Below are positions 16,021 to 29,172 of a stretch of DNA of 64,000 bases, in pieces. This stretch comes from the human T2T-CHM13v2.0 reference genome, Homo sapiens: assembly GCF_009914755.1 (NCBI RefSeq), contig NC_060941.1. The stretch is one strand, 5' to 3'. The position numbers and the translations under genes were made by a program. The stretch's first letter is position 1. Every line of letters begins with the position of its first letter. The notes under the pieces are model-generated. The model was not told where the DNA came from and searched no databases. It saw only the letters and a list, made by a program, of their open reading frames with translations.

Positions 16021-16290
16021 CATTCCATTCCATTCCACTACATTCCATTACATCCGATTCCATTCCACTCCATTCCACTCCTCTCCACTCCACTCCATTC
16101 CACTCCATTGCATTCCATTCCATTCTATTCCACTGCTTTCCATTCCATTCCTTTCTTTCAAGAGTGTCTCACTCTGTCACCCATCCTGTAGCACAATGGC
16201 ACAATCTCATCTCCCATTCCATTCCATTCCTCTCCATTCAATTCCATTTGATTCAATTCCATTCCATTCCATTCCATTCCATTCCATTCG
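16021..16290 (+). repeat. Short (CATTC)n HSat3-like pentamer tract terminating the HSat2 array
   Basis: GATGATG motif is lost; near-pure CATTC/CACTC pentamers, interrupted at ~16151-16213. Confidence 0.9.
16151..16213 (-). mobile_element. Alu 3'-end fragment (~60 bp) embedded in (CATTC)n
   Basis: agagtgtctcactctgtcacccatcctgtagcacaatggcacaatctcatctc resembles antisense Alu gagtctcgctctgtcgcccaggctggagtgcagtggcgcgatctcggctc. Confidence 0.75.
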
Positions 16291-16479
16291 AAAAAGAAAA
16301 AGAGTTGCAAAGTCATACTCACTTTTCTGCTCTTGTCAGACAATTAAGGGTTCTTTGAATACTTCAGCCCTAATAATTTTCTTTTTATCATACATATTGC
16401 AGTGCTTATCTAATTTTAAATATATTTTTGTTTCAAAACCCAGTTTCTTATTTGTTCTATCTGTATGTTTGCAATATAT

Positions 16480-17450
16480 TTTACTCTCTGTTCATTCTTT
16501 GATTTCAGAACTTCAACCTTTCTGAAGCATATTTTCAGAGTTTCACTTTAGTTTCTTTAGTGGAATTCAGCTGGTGGTGTTTTGTTTTTTATCTCTAAAT
16601 ATGTTATTTAGCCATAGGTTGATGAATATTTTTCTTCGTTTAGAAATTCAGAATGGCATTATTATTCTTAACAAATAATATTGTTTATTTTACCTTTCAT
16701 TTTTTTTCAGATTTCAATATGATTAAAAGTAATTTCATTTTTCTTGTGCTAATTGAAATATTTTTCCCTTCCTCGTTGTTTACTATTTCTCTAGGAGATA
16801 CATAGGTGTAGGTTTATCTCCATTGTAGCTTGCTTAGCATGCATGGAATTTTTGAATATGCAGATTAGTGTCTTACAAAAGTCTAGGGAACTTTCAGCCA
16901 AAATAACATCACATATTGTCCCTTCCCAGTGCCCTTCTTCTATGAGAACACTCTCTAAACACATGCTACACTTTCTCACTGTATCTTTCATGTCTCTTCA
17001 TCATTCTATCCACATTTTACATTTTTTAAAATTTTCTGTAATGCATACTGAAACATTTATGAACTCTCACCTTGGCCATGTCTAATCTGATGAGTTCATT
17101 TTTGAGTTTTTAATTTAAAATAACTATATTTTTATACAAACTAATTTTCAAATTTGCTACATGAATTTTTTAGTCTCCTAACAATATATTCATTTTTTTA
17201 AAAGTTTTTGAAAGCAAATGTACTTAATAGTCTAACAGTGATATTTCTACTAATGAACCTTTGTGGATCTGTTTGTACTCTTTTTCTGCTTCCCTTTCAA
17301 ATGGTGGAATATCATTTCCTTGCATACTTAGATGCCTTTGAAAGACAAATATTTATTTTTCTCTGAAAATTATTTTTCTGCACTTTTGCTGATTAATAGA
17401 AAATTTGCCAAAGAGAATTTCAATTTTTTTGTGATTCTACTAAAGGCACC
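16480..17450 (-). mobile_element. Ancient L1M (L1ME/L1M4-like) fragment
   Basis: T-rich sequence with motifs typical of antisense old L1, e.g. gattagtgtcttacaaaagtctagggaactttcagcc; boundaries approximate. Confidence 0.5.
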
Positions 17451-19554
17451 ACCATTCTGGGACCACATTATGTTAATTCTTGGCCTAAAGGTGTTCGGAC
17501 GTATGTTTGGACTGCACATTTAAACAATTTTTAAATTAGTTGCTGTAAATCATTAACGATTGAGTTTCTTTAAATCTGTCCAATCTCAAGTCATTTTTAT
17601 TTGCCATTTCCAGGGAATGTGAAATGGGACTAATTTACCTGATTCTTCTTTATACTGAGGATAGAAATTTTGGTCCTAGCTTTAGGGAGGAGCTCCTGTG
17701 TGATGCCCTATCTTGGGAAAAACTATGTATTTCTTTACTGTCCTACGTGATGTATGACAGTAGGAATCTGCACTCATTTATTTTGCAACATGTCCGTAGG
17801 GCAAAATCAGTTTCAGCGTTTAGTTATATTTTGTCTGCTCCCTGCATTCCCATGGTTTTGACCTTATATTTTACTTTTATTTGTGAACATACCAGTGCTT
17901 CAAATTTTTTCCAGTAATATATTCAACTACAGTATGAGAAAGAGAAAAATTTTGATAAAACACAAATTTCATGTTTTCCTTCTCTAATTGGCTTTTACTT
18001 AAAAATACAGGTAAATTTTATTTGTGCTTTTTTTGCTATTTCTGTTTTGGTATTCTCTGTTTGTCTATGTCTTCTCCACATAGACACAATTAGGGAATTT
18101 TGTACACGTATGTGCCAACTGCTTTGATAGTGACAAAATGTATTTCTCGAACTCCTAGGTACAAAACTCAAGTATTCACAATTTAAATTCTTTTTTGCTC
18201 ACTTCTATTATGTTTCCAGTCTCAATAGAAATTGATGCCAATCCAGAAATACAAGCATTATTCTAATACTTCTCACACATTACAGGTATATATTAAAATT
18301 TCTAGATCTCCTTAAATACTATCATTTTTCACTACTTGTATCTTAACTGTTAAGTTCAACATTTTCTATAATATTAATAAGTTGTGAAAATTTCCTTACT
18401 TTCTTATTTGTCCCAAGTTCAAGGTTTTGCAGTCTCTACCTCACCCTGTGAAGCATAAACATTGTACTATGCTGTACAAATATTACATAGTTCATGTGCT
18501 TAGAGATTGCACAATTTTTAATTGGTTGACAATAGCTAATGTTTTCTTCTTCATTTTCTATTTCCTGATTTTTCTTTATTTAGTATATGCTACATTATCA
18601 TAAAAATAAGAACGTTTTACAAACTAAAGCAAAAGAAACCCTAGGAAAAAAATGCACAGATATATAAACATACATTTAGATGTACCATGTACACTTCTAA
18701 TTTATTTAGACTTCTAATTGTAGTACAATTTTAATTAAAGTCTGTGTATTATCTGCCATTGTCTTAGGATTTTTTTATATAACAAATGGTGTAAATCAAA
18801 AAGCCTCAATGTCATTATAAACTATCTTGGCAGAGGTTGATGTCCAAGGAATAATTTCTCTCCCAAATTATGTCAGTCAGAATTTCACTCTACCATAATT
18901 CTTTTAATCAGTTTCAGAGGAATCATAAATTTCAAAATTGTTCAAGGTAGTTGTTGTAGTTCAAGTACATTTAGACAGGTGTAAAACTGCAGACAGACTG
19001 ATACAAACATATTCTAATTGACACAAAAGTATATGGGACCTATTTTAAAATCTAGATTTTAAAATGTCGTGTCAACGTACACATGTTCCCCTTATGAAAT
19101 AATTGCTTTTTATTCTCTGGATAGAATAATTTAAACTTTAAACCTTCAATTCGCTGTTAAAATATTACATAAGGATATGCTTATAAAAATAATTCACAAC
19201 TAGCTTTTCTATTCAGAAATATATGTGAAAAATCATCAAGCATCTAATGGATTTCAAGGAGAAATGGGTTAGTAATTTATTCCATATATCTCAATTTTTC
19301 CTAGATTCAAGGCTTCCTTTAAAACAATTGTAGGCATTTAAGAAACCATGTAAACTAAAAAGAAGAAATTGTGACACTGCCGCTTAGGTTTTTTAAATCT
19401 TTGGACATGAATCAATATGCTTTTTAATTTTATCTTAATTAGACATTGTGAGTTCACTATCTTCCTGTCAGTATATCATCCAAGCTGATTGTCATAGATT
19501 ACAAGTTCAACTATCAACTGTGTTCTGAGAGTCTAAAACAATAAATGAATGTAT

Positions 19555-19945
19555 TTGTTTGGGCATTCTTAAAGCAGAAGTGAGGACACAGCAAAAGTGA
19601 GACAAGGAAGAGAGAACAAAATAAAACAGGAAAGATAGAAAAGCCAGTACCACACGTGTTAAGAGGCAAGTTCCTGTGTTAGATATCTGGGCTTAATTCT
19701 ATGGGAAGCTATGTGGAACATGCCTCAGAATTACATCACTGAATCCAGGGAGATTCTTCTTAGTTACCTTCAACTTTTCTTCCCACTTCATGCCCAGTAT
19801 CAAACTCCCGTGCTGCTAGAGAAAGTCCTCAGCTAGAAACAGCTGCAAATTCTGGAGATGAGATCCTGTAGAGTGTTAAGAATGGTTTTCTTCCCAGCAG
19901 CTACAGGTAAGGAATAGGGGCTGGGCTACTAATACATCTGCTACA
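19555..19945. mobile_element. Degenerate ERVL-type LTR (LTR16/LTR33-like)
   Basis: aagtgagacaaggaag...agccagtacc...gggcttaattctatgggaagctatgtggaacatgcctcagaatt resembles remembered ERVL LTR consensus; family uncertain. Confidence 0.4.
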
Positions 19946-22696
19946 AATCAATATACCCCTTATGCTCCTTTTGATGATCGACAATGTATTTAAAAATATT
20001 AGATGATGAAGAAGGGCTGCAGAAAGGAGGAAACAGAAACAAGCAGCACACCTCTTGGTTTATTTTTATTCATTTCATCAGTTTCAAGGAAAATGTGTTG
20101 GGAGTTCCTGGCATAGAGAATGTCACAAAGATATGTTTTCAATAGTGGTGCTATCCCTAGGGCAGAGAAGATCCAGAGAAAGCCCAAGTGGCTGCTGGAA
20201 CAAAGTCAGACACCGTGCCACCTGTCCACACTCCTTGGCTCTGTCATCATGCTGAAGATTGCTTTAAAGGACTGGCTTCCCTCCCCCAAAAATTAAAAGA
20301 GCACAGACTGAGAAACTGAATGTGGGAGAGAGCAGTGGATTATGCTGTTCTCAGGGGTCACCTCAGGTTTGGAAGCATTCTTTCAAATTAACCCATCTCA
20401 GACCATCTGCAGAGAAGAAAGGTGGTACCTAACTTTTTTTCTTGTCAGCATTTTGTAGGGGTGTTTTATTGACTAAATATGTTCCCACAACCTAGTTTTT
20501 TGTAACTAACTAAATACGGTAGAGTTTTAAATTTTATCATCAAAATCTACAGATAATTTTTTATTAAAATAGGCTCCACATCTATGTCCTGCTTTTCTTC
20601 TTATTAATTACATTGCTGTATAAAAGAACAAGACTTCAGAATCAAGAAAATCTTGTCTCTTGGCATTGAATTTATACAAGGTGCTCTTTCTTTAATGCTG
20701 TCTCAAAGACATATTTTTACTCATTAAAAAGGAAGATTGGAATCTAGTTGTATGCACTGCTCCAACATATTAATAATTAAAATTAGGATGTAAATGTGGT
20801 CAAAGTTATAGAAAGACTTGAGATGTCATTTATATTGATTACTGTATAACACTCTACAAACAGAAATTGTGAAATAATAGTTTATATAAATATTTTGTAG
20901 CATTTCAAATATTTGAGTGCCTGAACTTTCTCCTCTTATATAGTTCAGATTATCAATTTGAAGACTTACTCCGATGGTTTAAAAGTTTTTAGTCTCATTT
21001 GAGTATTATATAAAAGCAATTTTCAGTTAAATGTGTTTCGCTTACATAAAACATTACAAATTAGTGAGTATTTAATTACATTTTCATGTTCCTGTAATGC
21101 CTTTAGAAGATTTTCATATTATTACCTATCAATATATGTATGCTTTGTCTAAGAAAAATCAATCATACACATCATTGAAATTGAAACTTTTTAAAAGTAC
21201 TTATTAATTCTATTGAAAAACCACATCCATAGGAGCAATTACAATATAATATTGTGAACATGTAAATATATATCCTATGTCTATTTTATATATAAACATA
21301 TGTGATTAAAAATATAGTTAAGAATTTTTAAACCTACTATTATAAAGTAAAAATTAGTTAAACTTCTGATGATTATTTGTTAATTAAGATAAAATTATTT
21401 TGATTTGGGTGATTTTAAATGAACAAAAATATTAAATTACATGACAAAAATTCTTTATAAAATGTTTACGATTTTTACATTGGTTTTATCACTTTATTCC
21501 ACTATTTTATTTTAAGATGACCTGCCTTGTTTAAAACCCTGTATTCATCTTAATTAAATTAAATTCCATTTGTAAAAAGATTAACAAATAATTTGCTCTA
21601 TTATACAGTGCGGTTATAAACTGAGTCAGTATCTCAAGATTTCATCCCCATTATCGTCATCCGTGGCCCTATTTGTTTGATAAATGTAGTGTCTTTTTCC
21701 ATGCCTGTCACATCTCTATTGCTCATTTATTTTTCTCCTTGTCCCTTATAGGGAGCATTGCCTATCTCTAGATTAAGCAAAAGTTGCATCTTAAGAAAGC
21801 ACAATAACCTGCTCAATCTCTCACACAGAGAAATGTTTGTTAAGTAATTAAAGTGTAGATGATGATACAAAGAGCTTGATTAAATAAGATGCCAAAGTAC
21901 CCTTGTGATTCAGAATATGAATGGTATTTAATGCCTTTGAAATCAATAATTGCTGAGTGACATTAATTAATGCCAATATTTCAGAAGTTGTTCTGGTTAG
22001 TGAAATGTGTACAACATGTAAAAATTTCCGAAATCTGAAGGGCAACATTATTCTATAATTAAGAATTAAGAATTAAATCACATTAATTATTGGGGAGAAA
22101 TAATTTTAAGAATTAATGACTGAGAAAGCGTTTTTATTTTTTATTTAGAAAATTATTTTGTGCATGAGCATTACTGCAAGTTTTGCAAGAAACATAAATT
22201 TATAGAAACAATTATGTGCACAAGATGAATTTAATAACATCTTAATATTTTCCACTCTTACAGTTGTATTTGGTAAATCTTTAAATGCCCAACATCTAAA
22301 GATCATAAACGAATGTTGGAAATCTTGTAGGTAAGGGTAAATATAAGGATGCATCCAATTACATTTACACACACATACAATTACATTTACACAAACATAC
22401 ATGCACACACGCTCACTGATACAGGTATGCATATATACACATGAATTTACCAATTGATTTTAACTAATATTTATAAGAACCTGTAGGATTGATATATATT
22501 GTTGAATCTGAAAAATATTTATTATATACATGTTTAAAATACACAAAGAAATAAATAGTAATTGCACTAGGCATGTGAAACTGTACTTAAATATAAGCTG
22601 TGATCATTACAAATTCTTACACTGAATAAATATTTTTATTTTTATAATATGTTTGATACATGTGTACATTTTTTAAAATGTATTATTTTTGTCATA

Positions 22697-23037
22697 GAGT
22701 CATGTCATGTATAATAATATTTCAGTCAAAGATGGATTACTTATGCAAAAGTGGTCCCATGAGATTATAATAGATATTTTTACATACTTTTCTATGTTTA
22801 AGTATGTTTACATACATAAACTCTAACCACTGTGTTCTTATTGCCTGCAGTATTCAGTATAGTAATGTATACACAGGTTTGTAGCCTAGGAGAGAGAGGT
22901 TATACCATATAACCTAAACGTGGTAGGCTGTACAAACTAGTTGTTTGTAATATTCTCTCTGACGTTTGCAAAATGATGAAATTGCCTATGGATGCATCTG
23001 TTAGAACGTATCCCTGTCATTCAGTGATGCGTGACTG
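22697..23037 (+). mobile_element. Tigger3a-like non-autonomous TcMar DNA transposon, essentially full length
   Basis: Degenerate terminal inverted repeats (gagtcatg...cgtgactg), TA at the left flank, internal gtggtcccatgagattataat and caggtttgtagcctaggag motifs; 341 bp. Confidence 0.85.
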
Positions 23038-23589
23038 TGCTAAAATGCTAAATCTAAGTTTCAGTGACCTCCATAAAATTGTTGTACTGCGAAATACAAA
23101 TCTCTCACCTATGGCCTGAATATGTTTGCAAACTAAGCAGATCATGGGAAGGAGAATGTGCTGGCATCGCTGGGATGATTTTCTCACACTACATGAATAA
23201 TATCTCCAGACTTTGTTTATATGAGCCACTTGCATAGAGTTAAAGTAAACATCTCTTTGCTGGGAAATTTATCAAATGGGAGTATGAAGTGTTTTTAAAA
23301 GATACTTGTTTGTTTGTAGATGGTAGGCCTACAGTGGCTCATGGCAATGGTTGAGGTTGCTAAGATTTGGTGGAAGAAGGCAAAATGAAATGGCCACTTA
23401 TATGGTATATGGATCACTTGTTTCTGTTGAGTTACAGATTCAGCTGGCTATTTCTCCCAATGTTAGTTATTTGGAGAAAAGAAACATGATCGTAATTTTG
23501 GGGTAACAAATACAATATTTGATGAAAGCAAATTTATTGAGGGTTACACAAACTACAAGATAATTTAGGCTGCAAAGTCAACACGAGAC

Positions 23590-23945
23590 TTCTGGCCCAA
23601 ATTGTGCAGAGTTTGGGTCCAGCTGCAAAGTTCAAAGGAAGAGGACATATAAGATGATTCTCACTTTTGTCACCAACTGCCAGTTCAGGGGTTTCCCCAG
23701 AACACCCTCAGTTTCAAGAATTTACTAAAAAGACTCACAGAACTCATTGAATGCCATTGTACTCATGGTTTATAATAGAGATAGTGTAGAAATGAGGACC
23801 AATCAAAGGAAGAGACATATCACATAAGGTGGAATCTAGGAGGATTTTGAATGTTAAGTTTCCATTGTCTTCAGGACATATTACCTGTCATTGTTGTACA
23901 GCAATAAACATGGAGTACTACCAACCTGGGGAGCTCACCTGATGC
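23590..23945. mobile_element. MER21/MER77-like LTR fragment
   Basis: ccctcagtttcaagaatttactaaaaagactcacagaactcattgaatgccattgtactcatggtttat matches the MER21/77-type motif. Confidence 0.6.
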
Positions 23946-23959
23946 TAAAAAGACACTAT

Positions 23960-26530
23960 TTCGAAAATGAAAAGACAAAGGAAAGGAGGAGATAATATGA
24001 CCTTCCACATTAAGACACTGGAAAGAATAGCAAACTAAACCTAAAGCAAGCAGAAGGAAGAAAATAAAAATTAGAGAAATTAATAATTTATAATAGTAAT
24101 CATATTTGTTAGTATTGACTAATTGATATTAATTCTTGACTGACTTTTTTAAAAAGAGAAATATTCACTTCCCAATTTATTCTGTGGGGCCAGTGTTACC
24201 TTGATATAAAAATTAGTCTAAATAGCATAGAAAAATAAAACTACTATAAGTATAAATGCAAAATTCCTTAAAAAATACTAACAAATCAGATCTAGCAACA
24301 TATAAAAGAATTATACACTATGACAAAGTGAAATTTATACTAGTAATCTCAGGTTGGTTTAACAGCCCAAAATCCATTAAGGTAATACATCTTACCCATA
24401 GAATAAGAAACAAGAATTGCATGATCATGTCGATAGATTCAGAAAAGACATTTAACAAAATCCAAATGCTTTAATGATTACAAATAAAAATAAAAACTCA
24501 ATGAACCAGGAATAGAGAACTTTCTACACCAGATACATGGCACCTGTGAAAAGCCAACAGCAAGCATGCAACTTAATGGTAAAGGATGCTTTCCCACTGT
24601 GGTCAGAGATAAGAATAGGATATATACTTTGACCTCTTCTAGTCAACACTGTACTAAACATTTTATGCAGGGCAAATCGGCAAGTAAAGAAATAAGAGTA
24701 AAGAAATAAGAGTCACCCATATTGAACAGGAAGAAATAAAACTTTATTTGCAAATAACATTCTTGTATATAGAAAATTTTAAAGAATCCATTGAACGATA
24801 GAACTAGTAAATTATTTCAGCAATATTACAGCAGACAACATAAATGTACAAAAATCAACTGCACACATCTACAATGAAAACCCCAAAATGAAATTAAGAA
24901 AACACTTCAATTTAAAATAGCATCAAAAAAAGAAATAATAATTAATTTGAAAATATGATACAAGATTTTACTCTGAAATATAAAAATTATTGTTTAAAGA
25001 ATATCTAAATAGTTAGCAAACATCTTCCACCCATGAATTGGAAGATTTAATATTGTAGTACTTTACAAGTTGAAATACAGGTTTGACGTAATCCCTGCAA
25101 GTATCCCAACAGACTTCTGTCTAGAAACTGACAAGCTGATTCTAAAATACACATGGGATTGTAAGGGACTCAAAATTGCCAAAATAGTCTTGAAAAAAAG
25201 AAAACATATTAGGATAATTCACACCCCCGTCCTCCAAACCTTACGGCAAAGCATCAGTAATCAAGGCAACACAATACTGATGAAGGAAAAATATATAGAT
25301 TGATGGAAGAGAATTGAGAGTCCATATATAAAACTACGTATCTATAGTCAATGGATTCTTAAAGTGGTGCCATGTGCAATTCAATGAGGAAGAGACAGTC
25401 TTTGAACAAACTGGGTCAACAACGTACACGTGGATCACCACTTGCAAAATAGTAAATTGGAACCCTTACCCCAAAGCATACAAAAATATTAACTCAAATG
25501 AATTAAAGACATACATGCAAGAGCTAGAATAAGGCATATGCGAAAATCTTCAGGATTTTGGATCTAGCAAAGAAATAGCTGTAACACCAAAAACATGAGC
25601 AACAAAATAAAAATTAGATATTTAAAATTTCTTAAAAATTAAAGACATTGGTGTTTCAAAGGACAACCAAGCAAGGCAAAAGGCAGCTCAAAAATTGTGA
25701 GAAAACATTTGAGAAACACATATCTATATGTCTGCTTATATATGTATCCTGAATATAGAAAAATTGTTTTAACTCAGTAACAAAAATCCCAACTCAAAAC
25801 GGATAAATGATAGGATTAGATGTGTATCCCAAGAAGATACATTAACGGTCAATAATCCCATAAAAAGATACTCAACAGCATCACTCATCAGGCAACTACA
25901 AATCAAAACCACAGTTAGATACTCTATGGCTAGAACTGGCCACTTTGGAAAATAGGTTGATGGCTTCTAAATATATTAAACATAGAATTGTCATATGACC
26001 CAGAAATTTATTCCCAGGCATACCCCCAGAGTATTGGAAAGAGGTGTTCAACCCAAATTGTACACAAGTATTTTAACAGCAGTATTTAAAATAGCCAAAG
26101 GCTGAACACAACTCAAATGTCAATAAAAATATTATTGGATAAACAAAATGTTATATCCATGAAATTGAATGTTATACAGTTATAAAAAGAAATAAAGTAC
26201 CAATACGCATATGAACCTTGATAGCATTATGCCAACTGAAAGAAGCCAGGCACAAAAGGCCACCTATTGTATGATTCTATTTAGATGAAAATAGAATAGG
26301 AAGATCTACAGAGACAGAAAACAGATTTGTGGTTGCTTAGGATTGAGTAGGGGATGAATACATAGGAGGTTAACAGCTAGAGAAGGTGGGGTTTCTTTTT
26401 GAAGTGATGAAAATGCTCTAAAATTCATTGTGATGATGGCTCCACTTATCTGTATATATACTAAAAGCCATTGACTTGCAGAAATTAATATGTGCATTCT
26501 ACAGTATGTAAATTATATCTCAATTAATCC
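23960..26530 (+). mobile_element. Old L1 (L1MB/L1ME-like), degraded ORF2 through 3' UTR
   Basis: ORF fragments MIMSIDSEKTFNKIQ (24256-24474) and YRFDVIPASIPTDFCLETDKLILKYTW (25070-25303) are L1 ORF2-like; 3' end gtgatgaaaatgctctaaaatt...gtatgtaaattatatctcaat is L1MB-type. Confidence 0.88.
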
Positions 26531-26569
26531 TTTCAAAAACACACAGAAGACTATGGGGTTTTGGACTGT

Positions 26570-26890
26570 TGCAGCTGGGAGGCAGTTTGAAATACTGAAT
26601 AGGTCTCATCGAGAATGTGAGGTTTCAGTAAAGACTTGAGGAAGTTGAATGAACTGATCAATGGATATATGGAGGGCTATCTTTCCAAGCCAAGAAACTA
26701 ACTAGTCTTCGTCATAAGACAGCAGCATGTTGGCATGTCTAGAGGACAGTGAGGTGGCCAGGAACACTGGTAAGATCAAAGGTGAAGATATAAAAGAATT
26801 TGGGTGGTTAACATGTGGCAGATCATGATGGGCTTGCAGACCATTGTAAGAATTGTGGCTTTTAGTGTAAATGAAATGGGGAGACAAATC
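26570..26890 (-). mobile_element. L2 LINE fragment
   Basis: cagatcatgatgggcttgcagaccattgtaagaattgtggcttttagtgtaaatgaaatgggg is the typical antisense L2 3' region. Confidence 0.75.
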
Positions 26891-28559
26891 ATTACCCATT
26901 ATCAACATTTTAATAAATTGGGCCCATGAACCAAATACAATGAGATTAAATCAATTAGTGATAATATGCAAATTTGTATTAAAATTACAAGAATTACTTG
27001 TGCATTTGAGAACAGGAGAGTCATGATTTTTATCAGCAATAATAAACATTATTAATTTTAATTGTGATCAGCTAGTTGAGATTAATTGCAATACATCATG
27101 CTTTATAATGTGACTGTCAAAAGGAAAATATGATTGTAATCTTACACTACATCTATCAATGTCTTTGATTCATAAGACTATAGAGTAAGCCCCTAGTTTT
27201 CAAAGCCAACTTATGAGGCAGTGACATCTTATGCAAGTTTGCTGCTTTCTGCCACAGTGGTCCTTCGTCAGCTGGCACAAATTGTTTTACAAACGCCACT
27301 AGGTCTAAAAACAGTTTGGATCACAATGAACACAGAAACACCCTCTTCCCTTCAGAAATACCCATGAATTACTTCCAATACAGAATGAAAAACTGACAAA
27401 GAAAATATGTTGATTGTAAAAATGCCAATTAGCTTGCATCTACATGAAAGAAAAATGCCATTTTTATTACCTTAGATCATTGTTTTACATGAGTTTTGGT
27501 ATAGCACAATGTTGAACCAAGGGCGAAGAGAGATGAGTTAATGAAGTCTTAAGATATCAAGAATTTAAAAGAAAAGGAAGGTCACATTTGAAGGTTAGTA
27601 ACATAGCATTCATCTTCTGTTGTCACCTTTTCCGTCATTCCCTGTATGCCTGATGGACAGCTACCAATTAATCTTTATGAAGTGAGCTTAATTTCTAGCC
27701 AGACTGAGCTTACGTTTTAGCAGGAAGCATTTTTTGGGAAATGTTTATGTTAGAGTTTGCCCTTCTTGACAAGGTGAGACATAAATGTCTACTTTATAGA
27801 CATGAATTAAGATGGGAAGATATTTGGGGGAAACATTTACTCAAACGCTAAATAATAAAGGCACACAAAGGGCAAATTATACTAGATTTTTTCCCACTTG
27901 TTTTCTACGTCTCATGCAATTCACCTTGATTCCCTTCAGTTTCTGTTTAATGTAGAACGTGGCATTTTCATTACTTTAAGCTTCTAGCACAATGAAAGAA
28001 TTTCTCTTTTTCATGAACTGCATCATAAATGAAAGGGAGGAAGAGTGTCCTATATCATACTTATTGTTCAACAAAACACTGCTCCACGGCTTAAATTCAG
28101 TTTAAAAAAGAGAATTTATTGAACATCTAGCACATACATAAAAGGCAGTAAAGACAAATGAGAAGGGGGCAGGTTATTGAAGTATACAGACTTTAATGCT
28201 GAGTTTTGTATCTTAGGAAGTTACTCCACCTTACAGAGGCCCAATTTCCCCTGATTTAGGAAGGCGATGCTAGTGGGTATTGTCTAGGTGTAAGTATAAA
28301 AATGTTGTATTTAACAGAATCCCACAAGCTTGGTATAAGGCAGAAAATAAATAGATGTGACATGAGTAAGTAGTTTATTACATTTGTATGCTACCTGCAG
28401 ACTAGAGGAAGCAAGAAACACAGCCACTATGGTTGATTAGCATTATATTCTAATTTGGAATAAAAATAGAAAAGAGAAAAATAGAAAGCTATGCATAAAC
28501 ACATGCATTAAAATGAATTTTATGTGGACTCTTTCATGAAAATGTTCCTAAGGTATTTT

Positions 28560-29172
28560 ATTTTTTTATTGTGATAAAATACACATAACATAAAATGTAC
28601 TCTGTTAACCATTTTAAGTGTACAGTTCAGTGGCACTAAATACAGTCATAACATTGTGCAGCCATCCCTACCATCCATCTCCATAACTCGTTTCATCTTC
28701 TGAAACTGAAACTCTATACCCATTAAACAATACTTCCCCATTTCTTCCTCCCCCCAGCTTCTGGCAACCATCATTGTACTATCTCTGTGATTCTGTCCAC
28801 TTTAAGTCCCTTATACAAATGGAATTATACTGTATTTGTCCTTCACTGACTAACTTATTTCACTTGGCATAATATCCTCAAGTTTCATCCAAGTTGCAAC
28901 ATATGTCAGAATATTTCCCTCATGTTTAAGGCTGAATAATTTTCCATTGCATGTATATATCATATTGTGCTTATCCATTCATCTGTTGTTGGACACTTCA
29001 CTTGCTTCTACGTTTTAGCTATTGCCAATAATGCTGCTGCAAACATGGATGTGCAAATACTTTTTCAAGACTCTGCTTTCAATTCTTTTGCTATCCTGAG
29101 ATGTGGCGCTGCTGAGTCATATGGCAATATCATTTTGATGTTTTGAGGAACTACCATACTCTTTTCCACAGC
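28560..29172 (-). mobile_element. L1MB (L1MB3-like) 3' end fragment
   Basis: ttttattgtgataaaatacacataacataaaat...ccattttaagtgtacagttcagtggca...aactgaaactctatacccattaaacaat is an antisense L1MB 3' end. Confidence 0.88.

Noticed and set aside
67-16123. Dozens of minus-strand ORFs (MESNGIIEW... repeats)
   Set aside because: Translations of HSat2 units; overlapping frames, low complexity and no gene structure.
22358-24712. Micro tandem duplications (22-bp aattacatttacacacacatac near 22358; 14-bp gtaaagaaataaga near 24684)
   Set aside because: Ordinary slippage events in neutral DNA.
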